Shown here piece after piece: positions 45,835 to 57,684 of a DNA stretch of 64,000 bases. The position numbers were made by a program, and so were the translations under genes. The first letter of the stretch is position 1; every line of letters starts with the position of its first letter. The stretch spans positions 1,178,001 to 1,242,000 of the forward strand of contig JANHCV010000003.1 of assembly GCA_025594325.1 (NCBI GenBank), written 5' to 3'. The DNA comes from Blastocladiella emersonii ATCC 22665. Lineage: Eukaryota; Fungi; Blastocladiomycota. The notes beneath the pieces were generated by a model. It was not told the origin of the DNA. It did no database searches and saw only the letters and a program-made list of their open reading frames with translations.

Positions 45835-46440
45835 TCAGAAATCATCCTCATCGTCCTCGGGGTTGTGCTTGACGCCGGCGTCGACAAACTTGAGCCTCCG
45901 CTTGCCCGACGGCGTGACGGCGACCACCTTTTTCCGCTTGGTGTCGCGGTACATCTTCTTATCCTTCTGCGCGTCGGCGATCGCGGCGAGGACCTCGGCC
46001 TTGGCCTTGGTCTCCTTGGCCTTGTACGCGTGCAGCTTGGACCGCTTGGTCAGCGTGCGCGCGTCGGCGAGCGAGTTGAGGGCGAAATACGACTCGTTCT
46101 GCTCGCGGCGCAACCGCTGCTCCTCCTCGGTGTCGCGCGTGTAGGTGCCGAGCAGGCCCTCGTCGCCCACGGCCACCCACTCCTTGGTCCGCGAGTCGAG
46201 GAACCCGCGCGCCTTGCTCGCGCCGCCCGCGAGACCCTGCGCGGCGCGGTCCTGCCGGTGGTGCGTCCGGATCCGCTCCTTGACCTTGCCGATCCCGCGG
46301 CGGACGACCGGGATCTTCATCGACGGGCGGTCTGGGCCCACGGCGCGTGTCGCGGCGGCGGCGGACGAGCGCGGCGCGGAGGAGCCGCTCGATTTCTTCA
46401 GCGACGCGGCGAGCTGCTGCTTCAGCAGGCGGTCGGACAT
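45835..46440 (-). CDS. Small basic, probably nucleolar protein, unknown function
   Basis: Intronless Lys/Arg-rich ORF from ATG 46440 with strong GC3 bias and acidic tail PEDDEDDF; no family recognised. Confidence 0.65.
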   Translation of the reverse strand: MSDRLLKQQLAASLKKSSGSSAPRSSAAAATRAVGPDRPSMKIPVVRRGIGKVKERIRTHHRQDRAAQGLAGGASKARGFLDSRTKEWVAVGDEGLLGTYTRDTEEEQRLRREQNESYFALNSLADARTLTKRSKLHAYKAKETKAKAEVLAAIADAQKDKKMYRDTKRKKVVAVTPSGKRRLKFVDAGVKHNPEDDEDDF

Positions 46441-46955
46441 GGTGTTGATGCGTTGCAAGCTACGTGGTGGCGGCGTCTAGGGTACTGGGCTCGCGATGGC
46501 CAGCGCCGTGAGGCGGCCACGAGGAACACGCTTGGCCGTGGCGTTGCGACCGCGGTCAGCCCGCCGCATGTGACCCGTCGCTGGGCAAATCGACCTTCGC
46601 GCTGCGCCACAGCGGCCGGTGCTGCCTCCGCCAGTCCACACAATCTCGCCCGCAGCAGCCATGGAAGCCGATGCAACGTGCCACGAAGCCCGCGGGCTCT
46701 CGCCGGCGTCTCGCGCCGCCGCCAAAGAGCGACCCCGGTCCCCCTGACTCGCTGCGGACGCGTCAAAGGCGCCGCCTCCGCACCATCATCATGACGGCCA
46801 TCGACACTGGACCGCCGGAAATTGATCCACGAGCGGCCCAAATGATGCGTACAGTGTCTGTCTCCAACTCGGCTCGGATACTACGCCTTCTGGACCGACG
46901 ATTGATCCGCCACCGCACTTCCTACAAGCGACCATGACCCACATCCGCCGCGACC

Positions 46956-49900
46956 ATGTCTGATCCGGCCACACCAACCGCGACAACCACGGCGCCCGCC
47001 GCCGACTCGACCGCGGCGCCCTCGCCGACGTCGAGTCCCGGCGGCGCGCCCAACGACCCGCTCCTGTCGACGATCCTGCTGCTCGCCGCGAGCGTGATCC
47101 TCCTGTTCGTCATCATCGCCATCTACTTCATCGTGCGCTCCGGCGCCGCCGCACGCACGCGCGGCCGCGCTCGACCGCACCCGCTCCCAACCCCCACCGG
47201 CCCGCACTCGGCCGCAGGTAGCTCGCGCCGGTCGCTCCAGCACTCTACGTCGCGGCACTCGGTGCAGCAGCCGCAGGCGCTGCCCACGAGCAAGGAGCAC
47301 GACCGCGGCGACGACCCGATCGGGTCCTCCGCGCTGCTCGCCGCGTGGTCGACGGACTTTGGGGAGAGTAACGGCAGCAGCAATGGCGGCGGCGCCAACC
47401 TCTCGCGCTCGTCGCGCACCTACGCTGGGTCGCCCGGGCGCAAGGTCCCGATCCTCGAGAGCAAGGAGGACCGCCTCATCCAGGATATCCGCAAGGACGG
47501 GATCTCGGCCGCGTCGCTCCCGCGGCTGCCGTCGGGCGCGCACGCCGTCAGCGTCAGCGACCCGGTCAGTGTTCCCCATCAAGGTGACGGCGGCAACGGT
47601 GGTACCGCGGACGGCGTTGACGACGACGAGGCCGACCCGAACGGGAACACGCTCGGCGAGCAGCCGCTCCGCACCGCCCTGGTGCTCACGATCCCGCGGT
47701 CGCCGACGTTCGAGGCCAAGGGCGTGAACGGTGAGACCGTCGACCTGCAGCACGACGGCGACGACGACAACGCGCCGCACGACGAGATCACAGTCGTCAT
47801 CGGCAACCTGTTCCCGAGCACCGCCTCCCTATCGCCCGCGCCGCGCCGCGCGTCCGCGATCGCCAGCGCGAACCTGCTGCCCTCGAACGGCAGCCTGTCG
47901 GGCAGCCGCCGCGGCGGGTTCGACGCCAGCTCGCCCGACCACGCGCACATGCGCAACATCCCGGGCACCACCACCACCACGTCGCCGTCAGCTGCGCCCG
48001 TGACGTCGGCCTCGGCCGCGATGCAGGGCTGGCAGGACTCGCTACGCGGCGTGCGCACCGACTCATGGGCGGCCCCGTCGCCGTCGCCGCAGCAGCGCAA
48101 CTTTGGCAACTCGCCGTCGGTCCCGCGCCGCCTCCCGCACAGCGCGAGCGCGAGCGCCGCCATGGTCGGCGACCATCTCGCCGCCCCGCCGCGCTCGGGT
48201 CCCGCTGACCGCCGCGGGAACAACGGAATGCAGCGCTCGCCGTCGACGGGCTCCACGATCCTCGAGAGCAGCCACGGGTCGCTCCGCCCGCTCGTCCCGC
48301 TCAACAAGTCGGCGCCTTCGCCGACCAAGTCGCTGTCGCGCGCCGCAACGAGCGGGTCGATGCCGCGCACCGACTCGGGTCCGCGCCCGCGCACCACCTC
48401 CAACCCCGCCGCCGAGCGCGGCGCTCGCCAGCGGACGAGCAGCAACCCGCCCGTGATCGCCGAACCTCCTCCCCCCAGCGGCGGCGACGCGTCGATCCGC
48501 CGCCCGCCGCGCGACGTGGTGTCGCTCGTGCGGCAGAGCTCGCAGACGGTGATCCGGCAGACGGCGGCCGCCGCGAGCGCCGTCGCCGAGAGCCAGTCCG
48601 GGCTCATGTCGCGCACCGGGTCCGCGCTCCTGGTGCCGTCCGCGTCCGCGTCGCTCGGGGTCGGCGGCGCCGGTGGGACGAACGGGACCGGGTCGCGGTC
48701 CACGTACCTCGAGGTGGGCGGCGGCAGCGACGCGCAGCGGCTCGGGATCGGGCGGTCGGCGCCGATGCTCGCGCCGCTCGCGGTCCTGGGTGTCGGGTTC
48801 GAGAACGCCGGGTCGTCGCTATCCGTCGCCGTACCCCACACCACCACCATCTCGGCCGCGGGCAGCATGTCGCCCCTCCCCGGCGCCGGGTCCGAGCTCT
48901 CCTTCGCGGTACCCACCACCAACACCGCCGACCAGGTCCAGCGGTGGCTCGACGCGCGCCTGCCGCCGGCCTCGCTGCCGTCCCCGCCCGCGCCGCCGGC
49001 GTGGGACTCGCCGCACGCGCTGATCGTCGACTACGCGCGCTCGCTCGGCGAGGACGGGTGCCGGTCCGTCCATCTCGCACGGTACAACGAGGCGCGCGTG
49101 CTCGTGCACTGGTACACGCCGCCGGGTGTCGCGGATGTGGCGACGACGGCCGCGGCTGAGCATGGCGGGGCCGAGGCGGCAGCGGCGGCGGCGAACGCAA
49201 ACGCGAATGTCCAGCTGTGGCCGCGTATGCAGCGGTTGCTCAACCGGCGGTTGTCGGCGAGCGAGCCGGTGCCCGTCAAGGTCAGCGACGCGCGGCGCGA
49301 GTCGGATGTGGGGGAGGTGGAAGGCGTCGAGGCGTGGACGGCCGAGGAGGTGCTCACGATCTGGGCCGAGGAGGTGTACATGATGCGGTACGTCGCCTCA
49401 GAGCACTCTCACGAGCTTGATACTAACCCGCGCAACGGCGTGTAGTGCACTGCAATCCAACCACGAGAACATCCTGCCCCTGACAACCGCCGTAGCCTGG
49501 GCGTCGAGCGACCCGCACTCATCAAGCGTCCTCGCGTGGTCGGTGATGGCGAGCGGGAAACCGCTGGTCGAGATCATCTTCAACCTGACCATCGACTGGT
49601 ATGACGACGACGCGGCGCGCGTGCTCGCCGACACGGCGTCAGCCCTCGCCTTTGCCGCGCACCACGGGCTCGCGCACGGCGCCCTGACCCTGCTCGACAT
49701 CTGGCTCCTGCACGTCCCGCAGCAGGACCCGACCGCGTTCCCGTTCCGCACGCTTGTCGGCGGGTTCGGGCTCGGCGCCTTCGCCGGCGCGCCTGAGCGT
49801 CGCGCGGCGCTCCTCGCGGCGGCTCCGGTACCTGACGCGCTCCGCGCCGCGGTCGTCGCGCGGTACCTCGACCCGCTCCGCTTGCTCGACGGCGGCGAGT

Positions 49901-50286
49901 CCGACCCCGCCGCCTCCGAGACCCCAACCGCGCTCCGCAGCGACTGGCCGCGCGTCACCTCCGCGACCCGCGCGCGCGCCGACGTGTACGCGATGGGGAT
50001 CCTGGCGTACGAGTGCGTGGAGCGGATCCCGGCGTTCCTGGAGCTCGGCGCGGACCCGGCCGCGGTGCGGCGCGCGGTCGCGGCGGGCACGCGGCCGTCG
50101 CTCGACCTGCGCAAGTCCATGGCCAACGCGGCGGTCCGCGGGCTCGACGAGCGCACGCCCGCCAAGCGGCGGATCCGCGCGAAGCTCGTCGAGCTCCTCA
50201 CGCGGTGCTGGGCCGCCGACCCCGCGCGCCGGCCCGGGATGGACGAGGTCGCGGGCGAGATGGCGGCGCTGGTGCCCCGCCGGTAG
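46956..50286 (+). CDS. Single-pass membrane protein with long disordered region and C-terminal pseudokinase domain (2 exons)
   Basis: TM LLSTILLLAASVILLFVIIAIYFIV; intron GTACGT..TGTAG near 49389-49446; kinase-fold remnants EEVYMM, HENILPL, ADVYAMGILAYE, LLTRCWAADPARRPGM. Confidence 0.8.
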
Positions 50287-50512
50287 AGGGGGCGGGTTGA
50301 TGTTGTTTTTCGAATTTAATAGAGTATCTGCATAGCCATGCCGTCGAGAAGCGGATGTGATGACGCGAAGGCACGCGCGGTCGGCCGCGGGCATCTCCCC
50401 TCCTCCCCTCATCGCACCGCTGCCCGCCAGCGCTCCATGTAACATACCCGGCGCAACGAGCGACCCGCTGCAACCGCAACCGCGACCGAACCCGCAAAAC
50501 CATCCATCCGCC

Positions 50513-51559
50513 ATGGCCTCGCTCAGCTACGACCAGCTCATGCCGCGGGTCACGCAGGAGCTGCACGCCATCCAGCGCAACGTCGACACGGTCCAGTCGC
50601 GCCTGCGCCTGCTCGGCACACCGCGCGACACGGCCCCGCTGCGGACCAAGCTGTACGAGTTTCGCTGGACGTGGGTGAGGGTTCGCGGCTGACACACGCG
50701 ACCGCGACCGCGACTCCCCGTAGCCACAAGCTGCAGGAGGACACCATGGCGCAGCTCCAGAAGACGGCCGAGGACATTGACCGCCTTAACACGGCGGCCG
50801 AGGCGACGAGCGCGCCGCAGGTACGGTTCGCACACCCGGACAGCGTCGCCCGAACGGGAAGCTTACCCGCCCCACCCATCGCTCCCTCAGAACAAGGTTG
50901 CCGCGCAGCGCATCGCGACCGAGTTCTCGGCGCTCATGATCAAGTTCCAGGCCGCGCAAAAGGAGTACGCGCAGCGTAGCCAGGCCGACATTGCCAGCGC
51001 GCGCCAGGCGCTACAGGACGAGGAGGACCGGTACGTTCACGCTCTCTCCCTCTCTCCTTGCAACCGCACCCGGCCTCACACTTTCCCGGCCCGTGTAGCA
51101 TGGAACGCGACGACGTTCCGCTCCTCGGCGGCCCCTCGAGCCAGGGCGCCGCGGCGCAGGCGCAGCTGCAGCAGGTGCACGACGTCGAGGTCGCCTACAA
51201 CGAGACGCTCATCGCCGAGCGCGAGGCCGAGATCCGCGAGATCGAGCAAGGCGTGCACATGGTCAACGACATTTTCCGCAAAATCGGCTCGCTCGTCAAG
51301 GACCAGGGGCACTTGTTTGGTACCCATCGTCGTCCGCGTTGCGGTCTGGAGGTCCTGACGACGCGTCGCGTTTCGTTTCGCGTGTGTAGACAACATCGAG
51401 GCGAACCTCGGCTCGGCGCAGATCAACGTCGAGAACGCCAACCACGAGCTGTCGACTGCCAACAAGCGGTCGCGGTCGTGCCGCGAGTGCAAGTGCTGGG
51501 TCCTCGTCGTCCTCATTGGCCTCGTCGCGCTGTTCGGCCTCATCATCGTCCTCACTTGA
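50513..51559 (+). CDS. Endosomal/vacuolar Qa-SNARE syntaxin (Pep12/Vam3/STX7-like), 5 exons
   Basis: Habc helices; SNARE motif IAEREAEIREIEQGVHMVNDIFRKIGSLVKDQGHLFDNIEANL; C-terminal TM. Confidence 0.9.
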
Positions 51560-51625
51560 CGGAGCTACCTCATCCTTAATGCCACTCGCCCCCGCTTTCC
51601 TGTACATATATATCATCTCCATCCG

Positions 51626-54017
51626 TCACGATCCCGCGGGCGCAACCCGCCGCCGCTTCCTCGCAACCCCATTGCCCATCCCCGCGGTCCGCCCGTCGAC
51701 AGCCGCCCGCAACGCGCGCTGCATGGCCTCGACGCGCGGCCGCAGCGCGTCGTCGTCGCCCGCCGCCACCGTCGCGTCGCGAATGTACTCGTCCAGCTCG
51801 CGCTCGAGCGCCATCGTATCCGACGCTCCCGCCAGGCCCGCGAGCGCGTGGTGGAACAGCGCCTCGGCCGTCGCCACGAGCCCCGCGGGACGTAAATCGT
51901 CGGACGCGCCGAGCGCGCGCGTGCGTTGGGCCCATGCCGCGCGGAACCATGGGATCGGGTCTTCGGACGCGGCGGTGGTGGTGGGTGGAGCGGAGGGTGG
52001 TGGGTGGGCCCAGGTCGGGAGCGCGGGCGGAGTTGTCGTTGACGTTGGTGGTGGCGGCAGCGCAGGTTCCTGGCGGCGCGACGCGAGAATAGACCCGATC
52101 AGCGCGAAAATGTCCGGGTCCAGGTACGCCGGGTCCGCGGCGACGGCGCGCTTGCACGCGCGCAGCGCCGACTCCGGGGCGCCGTGGTAATGGTACGCGT
52201 GCGCGAGGCAGCCCCACATCCGGGCGTCGGTCGGGCTACTCGCGGTGGTTCGGTTAGCGATGGTACGGCGTGGGGTAAGGGAAGGAGCAGCGTACCGAAT
52301 GGCGCACGCCTGCTCCCAGTGGTGCAGCGAGTACGCGTGTAGGCCGAGCAGCTGGTACATGTTGCCGAGCCCGTACAGCGCGCGGCAGTCGCGCGGGTTG
52401 AGGTCTACACGCTCACCGGCGAGTCAGCTACCGCCAAGAATCCGCCCTCAACGAAGACGTACCGAGCGCGCGCTGGAACGCCTCGGCCGCAGCCTCGGTC
52501 TGCTTGAGCTCGATACACTCGTGTCCGAGCAGAACCCACGCCGTCGGGTCGTCGCGCTGGAGCGCGATCGCGCGGCGGAAGGACTCGGCGGCCTTGGCGT
52601 GCTCGGCGCGCAGCGAGTGCAGGTTGCCGACCGCGATCCACGGCTCAGGCCGTTGGCGGTCGACGGCGAGCGCGTTGTGCGCCACGAACCCGAGCCGCGT
52701 CTCCTTGCCGAGCGCGAACAGCGCGTTGGCGTACGAGACCAGGCCGTCGAGGCAGTACGGGTCCGCCGCGTTGATGGATTCCCACCGCTCGGCGCACTCG
52801 GCGTAGACTAGAGGAGCGGGTCGCGGAAGGTGAGCGGGAGCGATTTGAAGGCGAGCAAGTGGGACGGGCGTACGGCGCTGCTCGGACAGGCAGAGGGCGA
52901 CGAGCCGCGGGACCATGCCGGTTGCGCTCGAGAAGGTCGACCGGAGCGACTTGAGCGCGGGCTGCACCTCCTCGATGTCAAACGCTCGGTGAAGGACGCA
53001 GTGCGCGGCAAAGAACTGCTTCATGAACGACTCGGGCAGCCGTTGCCTTGTTGACGCAAACTGAACGCGGGAGTGGTGAGAATGCGTCGACTCAGCCGAA
53101 ATTCCGCCAAAGGCGTACCAGGTTCTCCGAGACCATGAGGTTGGCCAGCTCCTCCCACGCCGACCAGTTGTATGGGTACAGGGCGATGCTCGCGGCGAGC
53201 GACTCGACGGCCTCGGGCGAGTTGCCGAGCCGCGCATGCACCAGGCCGTGTCTAGACGACGCATACACACGTCAGATCGAGGGGTCCCGTAAAGCAGCAA
53301 GTCTGAGAGGGGTAGCATCAAAGCGTACAGGAAGTGAAGCCACGCGTCGCCTTTCCCCGCCGACACGTCGAGATACGGCTGGACGAGCTCGAGCACCTCG
53401 ACCAGCTGCTCGTTCGTCGCGTGCCGCACATCGGCCGGCGACAGCGGATCGCCGAGCCGCTCCATCTTGGCGCGCTCGCCCGCCATGAACTTGGCGTAGC
53501 CGCGCAGGAACAGGGCCTTGGGCGCAGCGACGTTCGAGAGCGCGTGCGCGCACCGATCGTACTCGGCCATGTCGAAGAAGGTCCGCGCGAGCAGATACTT
53601 GTCGTGGTCGGCCGGCGACGCCCATGCGTCACCCTCGGCCGCCGCGACGGCAGGACGAACAACCGTCGCGGGCGGCTCGGGGTAGTGCCGGCGACCGGCC
53701 CCCACAGCGGGCGTCGCGAAAAAAGACCCGAGCGGCGTGTACAGCGAGGCGGCCAGGGCGCCTGGCCGCGCGGCGGGCGTGGCGAGATCACGGCTCGCGG
53801 CTTGGAAGCCGCCGGACGCGGCCGAGGAGGCAGACAAGTCCTCGGACAATGAATTCAGCTGCTCGGCGGCCCACCGTGCAGCAGCCCGCAGCCCGCGCTC
53901 GGAACAGTCGGCGACAGCCTGGCGGAGATGGTGTCGAATGTCGACGGGTCCCGAAGCAGTCGGGCGAGATTCATGGTGCCATTGCTGTCGCGAGCGTTGC
54001 ATGGTGTGGCCGAGCAT
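51626..54017 (-). CDS. CDC23: APC/C subunit Cdc23/APC8, multi-exon
   Basis: LRQAVADCSERGLRAAARWAAEQL, DKYLLARTFFDMAEYDRCAHAL, FLRGYAKFMAGE, TPRs with AWVLLGHECIELKQTEAA..FQRA, YGLGNMYQLL. Start at 54017 or 54002. Confidence 0.93.
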
Positions 54018-54198
54018 TCCGGCGGTGCAGGAGAGGCGGGAAGCGGTCTTCCGAGCGCGCGGGTGAGAAGGGCGCGACGCGCTCCGCAACGGCTCACGTG
54101 GGCCGCGTGGCCCCACTGGACACGCGTCAACACGCCCGCGACTCCGCTCGAGTTCGCACCGCCGCCTCGTCCAAGCGGGTTGCGCTATAAGTTTGTCC

Positions 54199-54798
54199 AT
54201 GCAACGCTCCTCCAAGATGACCAAGACACCAGCCTCCCACAATGCCTCGCCGCCACCAACCTCCGCATCTCCGCCACCCGTCGCCGTCGCCGGCCCCTCG
54301 GTCCCCGCACCCCGGTTCCCCGTGACGGCGCTCGACGTGCAGCGCAAGCAGCTCGAGAAGCTCATGAAGCGGCCCGACCAGCGCATCGTGCTCGACAAGA
54401 AGGTGTCGACGCTCAAGGACGAGCTCACGCCGGTCCAGGACTTTGTCTCCAACGTGCAGGGCTCGAGCGCGGGCGCCGGCAGCGGCGACTTCCACGTGTA
54501 CCGCATGCACCGCCGCCGCGAACTGCTGCGCCAGAAGGTCATGGACGAGGAGCTCGCCGTCGACAAGGCCGAGGCCGAGCACCGCGCCAAGGTCGAGGCG
54601 GCGCGCAAGGCCGAGGAGGAGAAGACGGCTAAGCGCCGCGCCAAGCGCCTCAAGCGCAAGGCCAGCAGCAGCAGCCAGAAGAAGACGGTCGTCAAGGGCA
54701 AGGTCGACTCGGCGGCGGCCGACGACGGTGACGCGAGTGGTGACGATGACGAGGCGTCCGCCGTCGCCGAGCCGCCCGCCAAGAAGGCCTGCGCCTGA
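54199..54798 (+). CDS. PRKRIP1: PRKR-interacting protein 1 (DUF1168) spliceosome-associated protein
   Basis: Signature VSNVQGSSAGAGSGDFHVYRMHRRRE and KTAKRRAKRLKRK. Confidence 0.92.
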   Translation: MQRSSKMTKTPASHNASPPPTSASPPPVAVAGPSVPAPRFPVTALDVQRKQLEKLMKRPDQRIVLDKKVSTLKDELTPVQDFVSNVQGSSAGAGSGDFHVYRMHRRRELLRQKVMDEELAVDKAEAEHRAKVEAARKAEEEKTAKRRAKRLKRKASSSSQKKTVVKGKVDSAAADDGDASGDDDEASAVAEPPAKKACA

Positions 54799-55349
54799 TC
54801 CTCTTCTTCCTCTCTTTCTCGCCCTCGCACCCGCCTCCCTCTCCACCCTCGACCCGACGTGCAGCCTGTCGTCCTCCCCGTTGTCGTCGTTGCGCACGCA
54901 ATACACAACACCCCCTCCCTCTGCTACTTCTGCCCCCTCATCCACCACCCCTCATCGATCCCCGGGCCGGCGCCGGCTCGCGTACCAGTTGCGCGGGCCA
55001 TCTAGCTGGTTCACTACGGGGCCATCGCGGGGGGAAGAGCAAAACTCTTAGTTTCGCTAACCCCAGTGTTCGCCATCACTTGTGTTGGATAGTAGCTCTG
55101 AGACATCATCCCCTTTCCTCGTCTTGCTACCTCGTTATGTCTGTCGCCCCACGAAAATCGCCGGGGTCGGTCTATACGCCTCCGTGGCCGCCCTGGTAAT
55201 CACGTAGCGGGCACAGCATTGCCCGACTCCCAGCGATCGCGTGGACGTCAGCGAGCGCCCGTGCCCTCTTTATGGCCGTGGTGCTCGCGCTTTGCCCCGA
55301 TCCTTGTCTACATCTCGACTAGCTCTGCTGCTTATGATTCCAGATCGAA

Positions 55350-55431
55350 GCGTGGTGATGAAATGCCTTTTAAATTTTAACTAGAGTCAAGCAATGATGC
55401 CTAGTGATTATATGGCGCAAGTCTGATACGC
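55350..55431 (+). ncRNA. snR66: Box C/D snoRNA, snR66-like (predicted guide for the LSU rRNA position equivalent to yeast Um2417)
   Basis: Terminal stem GCGT/ACGC; C GTGATGA 55355-61; guide AACTAGAGTCAAGC 55379-92 complementary to LSU GCUUGACUCUAGUU; D' ATGA 55394-97; C' GTGATTA 55404-10; D CTGA 55423-26. Confidence 0.82.
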
Positions 55432-55520
55432 CCGTGCGCTCCTCTTGGAGCATGTTTTGCTACTTTGGCCTTTGTCTCTTTCCGCCGAGCCCTTCTCTGA
55501 CGTTCGAGCGCATCCTCCAC

Positions 55521-56930
55521 CAGGGGGCTAAGTGGGGGTGAGCAGGCTAGCCAAACCGTTGTCCCCGACCTCTGCTGCAGGTTACACGTGAGCCGGCCGG
55601 TCCACCTCGTCGGGGAGCCAATCGTTTCGTGTCAACTCACCGCCCGCGATTTATCAAAGTGTCTCACACCTATATTGCGTTAATCATGGTGGTCCGATCC
55701 GCTTGCGGTTGGGCCTCAGGTTGGCCATACTCGCGCTCACATAAAGTAGCAACTCAGATCCGAGTTTCGTGGGCCGTGCAGCGCGTGAGAGTGGATGAAA
55801 GTCGCGAACGAGGCAGCGGGCCGTGATGCGACTCGCCTCGGAAGAGCGCGCACGCGGTGGGCCTGGAGCCGTGCGGATCGCGACGCACGCGGCGCGAGAG
55901 AATCGATAGCGTTGGTGGGTAGCGTGTCCGAAGGGTGACAGCACGCAAAGGGGGCATGAAGGGCGAGCAGCGACTTGGACTTGCTGCACAAGTCGTCGCG
56001 GCGGCGATCCGGACAAGTAACGTTGCGAGTTGAGATCGGCAGGGAACGAACCGAAGAGAAATGCAAGCGGCTGCCGCGAGATGGAGCGAGGGTGAGGTGT
56101 GGAGCGTCGCGAGCAAGGGACGGACGAGGCGGTCGAGCATGGCCACGGCCGTCGCAAGCAAATGCCGCGCAGCAACGTCCAACGACCACCGCGAAGAGGT
56201 TCGCAAGCGCTCTAGGGCGCAAGCTGGCGCGGCGGGAGCGGATCCGGGGAGGGAGAGACGCGAGGGGAGCGAAGAGACGAGGGTGGCGGTCAGGTCGGTG
56301 CATGCGCGTGGGCTGGACGACGCGGCGCACGACGGGCTCACAAGTTCAAGAGCCCCAAGTGCCGGCTGACCATGCAAGTAGCGGCTGCACGCCCAGGCGT
56401 TCGATCGAACGGCGAACGGCGAGCTGAGCGGCGAGCGGATCAGGGGCGAAGGCCAAGGAGCGGGGCAGAGTCGGCGAGGGCAGAAGGGAGGGCGGGGCAG
56501 GTCTGTAGCGAGGACGGGCACCAGCAGGGCCGCGAGCCCCGCCTGCACGTCGGTAGGTGCGAGTGGGGAGGGCGACGAGTTCAAGATCGAGCGGAGAAGG
56601 CTGCGCGAGACCGGGGGCGGCGAGGTCGGCGGACAGCTGGTGGCCGCGCGGCGTCTGGTCGGCGGGGCCGAGCCGTAGCGGGACGTGAGTTCCACGAGAT
56701 GATCAACGTGTTCGGGCGAACGTATTTCAGAGAGAAAGAGTGCGAGCGATCGACAACTGAAGGGTGGGGGCGCTGGGGGACACGTGGGTGAGGTGAAAGG
56801 CCCGTGCCGCCACGAGGCAGAGTGACCCGAGCTGCTGGAGCACAGCGAGCGGGTCGGCTCACGTGTGACCTGCAGCAGAGGTCGGGGACAGCGGTTTGGC
56901 TAGCCTGCTCACCCCCACTTAGCCCCCCTG
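55521..56930. mobile_element. Non-autonomous class II (TIR) element, 1410 bp
   Basis: TIRs 55521-55595 and 56855-56930 (2 C/T differences, 1 G indel; termini CAG...CTG); direct repeat CCTCCAC at 55514-55520 and 56931-56937; no transposase recognised inside. Confidence 0.88.
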
Positions 56931-57684
56931 CCTCCACATGACTCGAGGTGTTCGAAGTGCTATGGCAGGCCGCTCGGTCTTCTCGCGCTCGCGGCGGTGC
57001 CAGGACAGGACCATGACGACCTCCTTCCGTCGTGGTTGCTGTACTGGTACGATCAGATGCGTGTCGCGTGTCGCTTGAAAGATCAGGTCGACCATAACTG
57101 CAGTGACGTCCCGCAGCACTCATTCGCAGACGTGAATCGCTGACCGTCAGTACTTGAGCGCAGTTGCGTCCCATTCGACAGCAATCCAGGCATGGTTCCC
57201 GATTGCTGCCGTGGAAGAAGTGTACCTTTATTCGGGCTCATCATCGCCACCTACAGTCGGTCGCGCGTGACCGTGTGAGAGATGGGTTTGTGCAAGGGGT
57301 CTTGGTCGCGCAAAGTCGACGGCCGTGAGTTTCCGGCCCTTGCAAAATATTTGGAGGTCGTGGTCTGATGGTGGAGGCGTGTTGGCCTTGAGAAAGGCGC
57401 GTTCAGCGACGAGCGGGGCGAGCAGTGCGTCGAACCGGTTATGTCTCACGCGACGATCAAACACGTGAGCGATGCGAGACACAAGCGCGAGACGCGCGCC
57501 ATGCCTCTTCGCGCCGCTCGCTTTCTTGCGACAATTTTGCTCGCAGTCAACCTCAGTCATGTACTGCAAAAATTGTCTATTCCAATGTCGCACAACCTCG
57601 CGCACTCGCGCAACCCGTCAATCACACACACACACGTCGTCATCGTTCGCGGCCCACAATTCGCCGCGCGTCTACACATCCATC

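Noticed and set aside
55754-56695. 313-aa minus-strand ORF inside the TIR element as a transposase or cargo gene
   Set aside because: GTG start, low complexity, no DDE/THAP/BED motifs.
57147-57244. Second C/D-like candidate on the minus strand (ATGATGA...CTGA)
   Set aside because: Poor terminal stem, no clear C'/D' boxes, no rRNA complement recognised; worth only an automated snoscan.
57228-57605. 125-aa minus-strand ORF in a lower-GC stretch
   Set aside because: No codon bias like neighbouring genes and no recognisable domain; overlaps the probable 3' UTR of the Sel1 gene.
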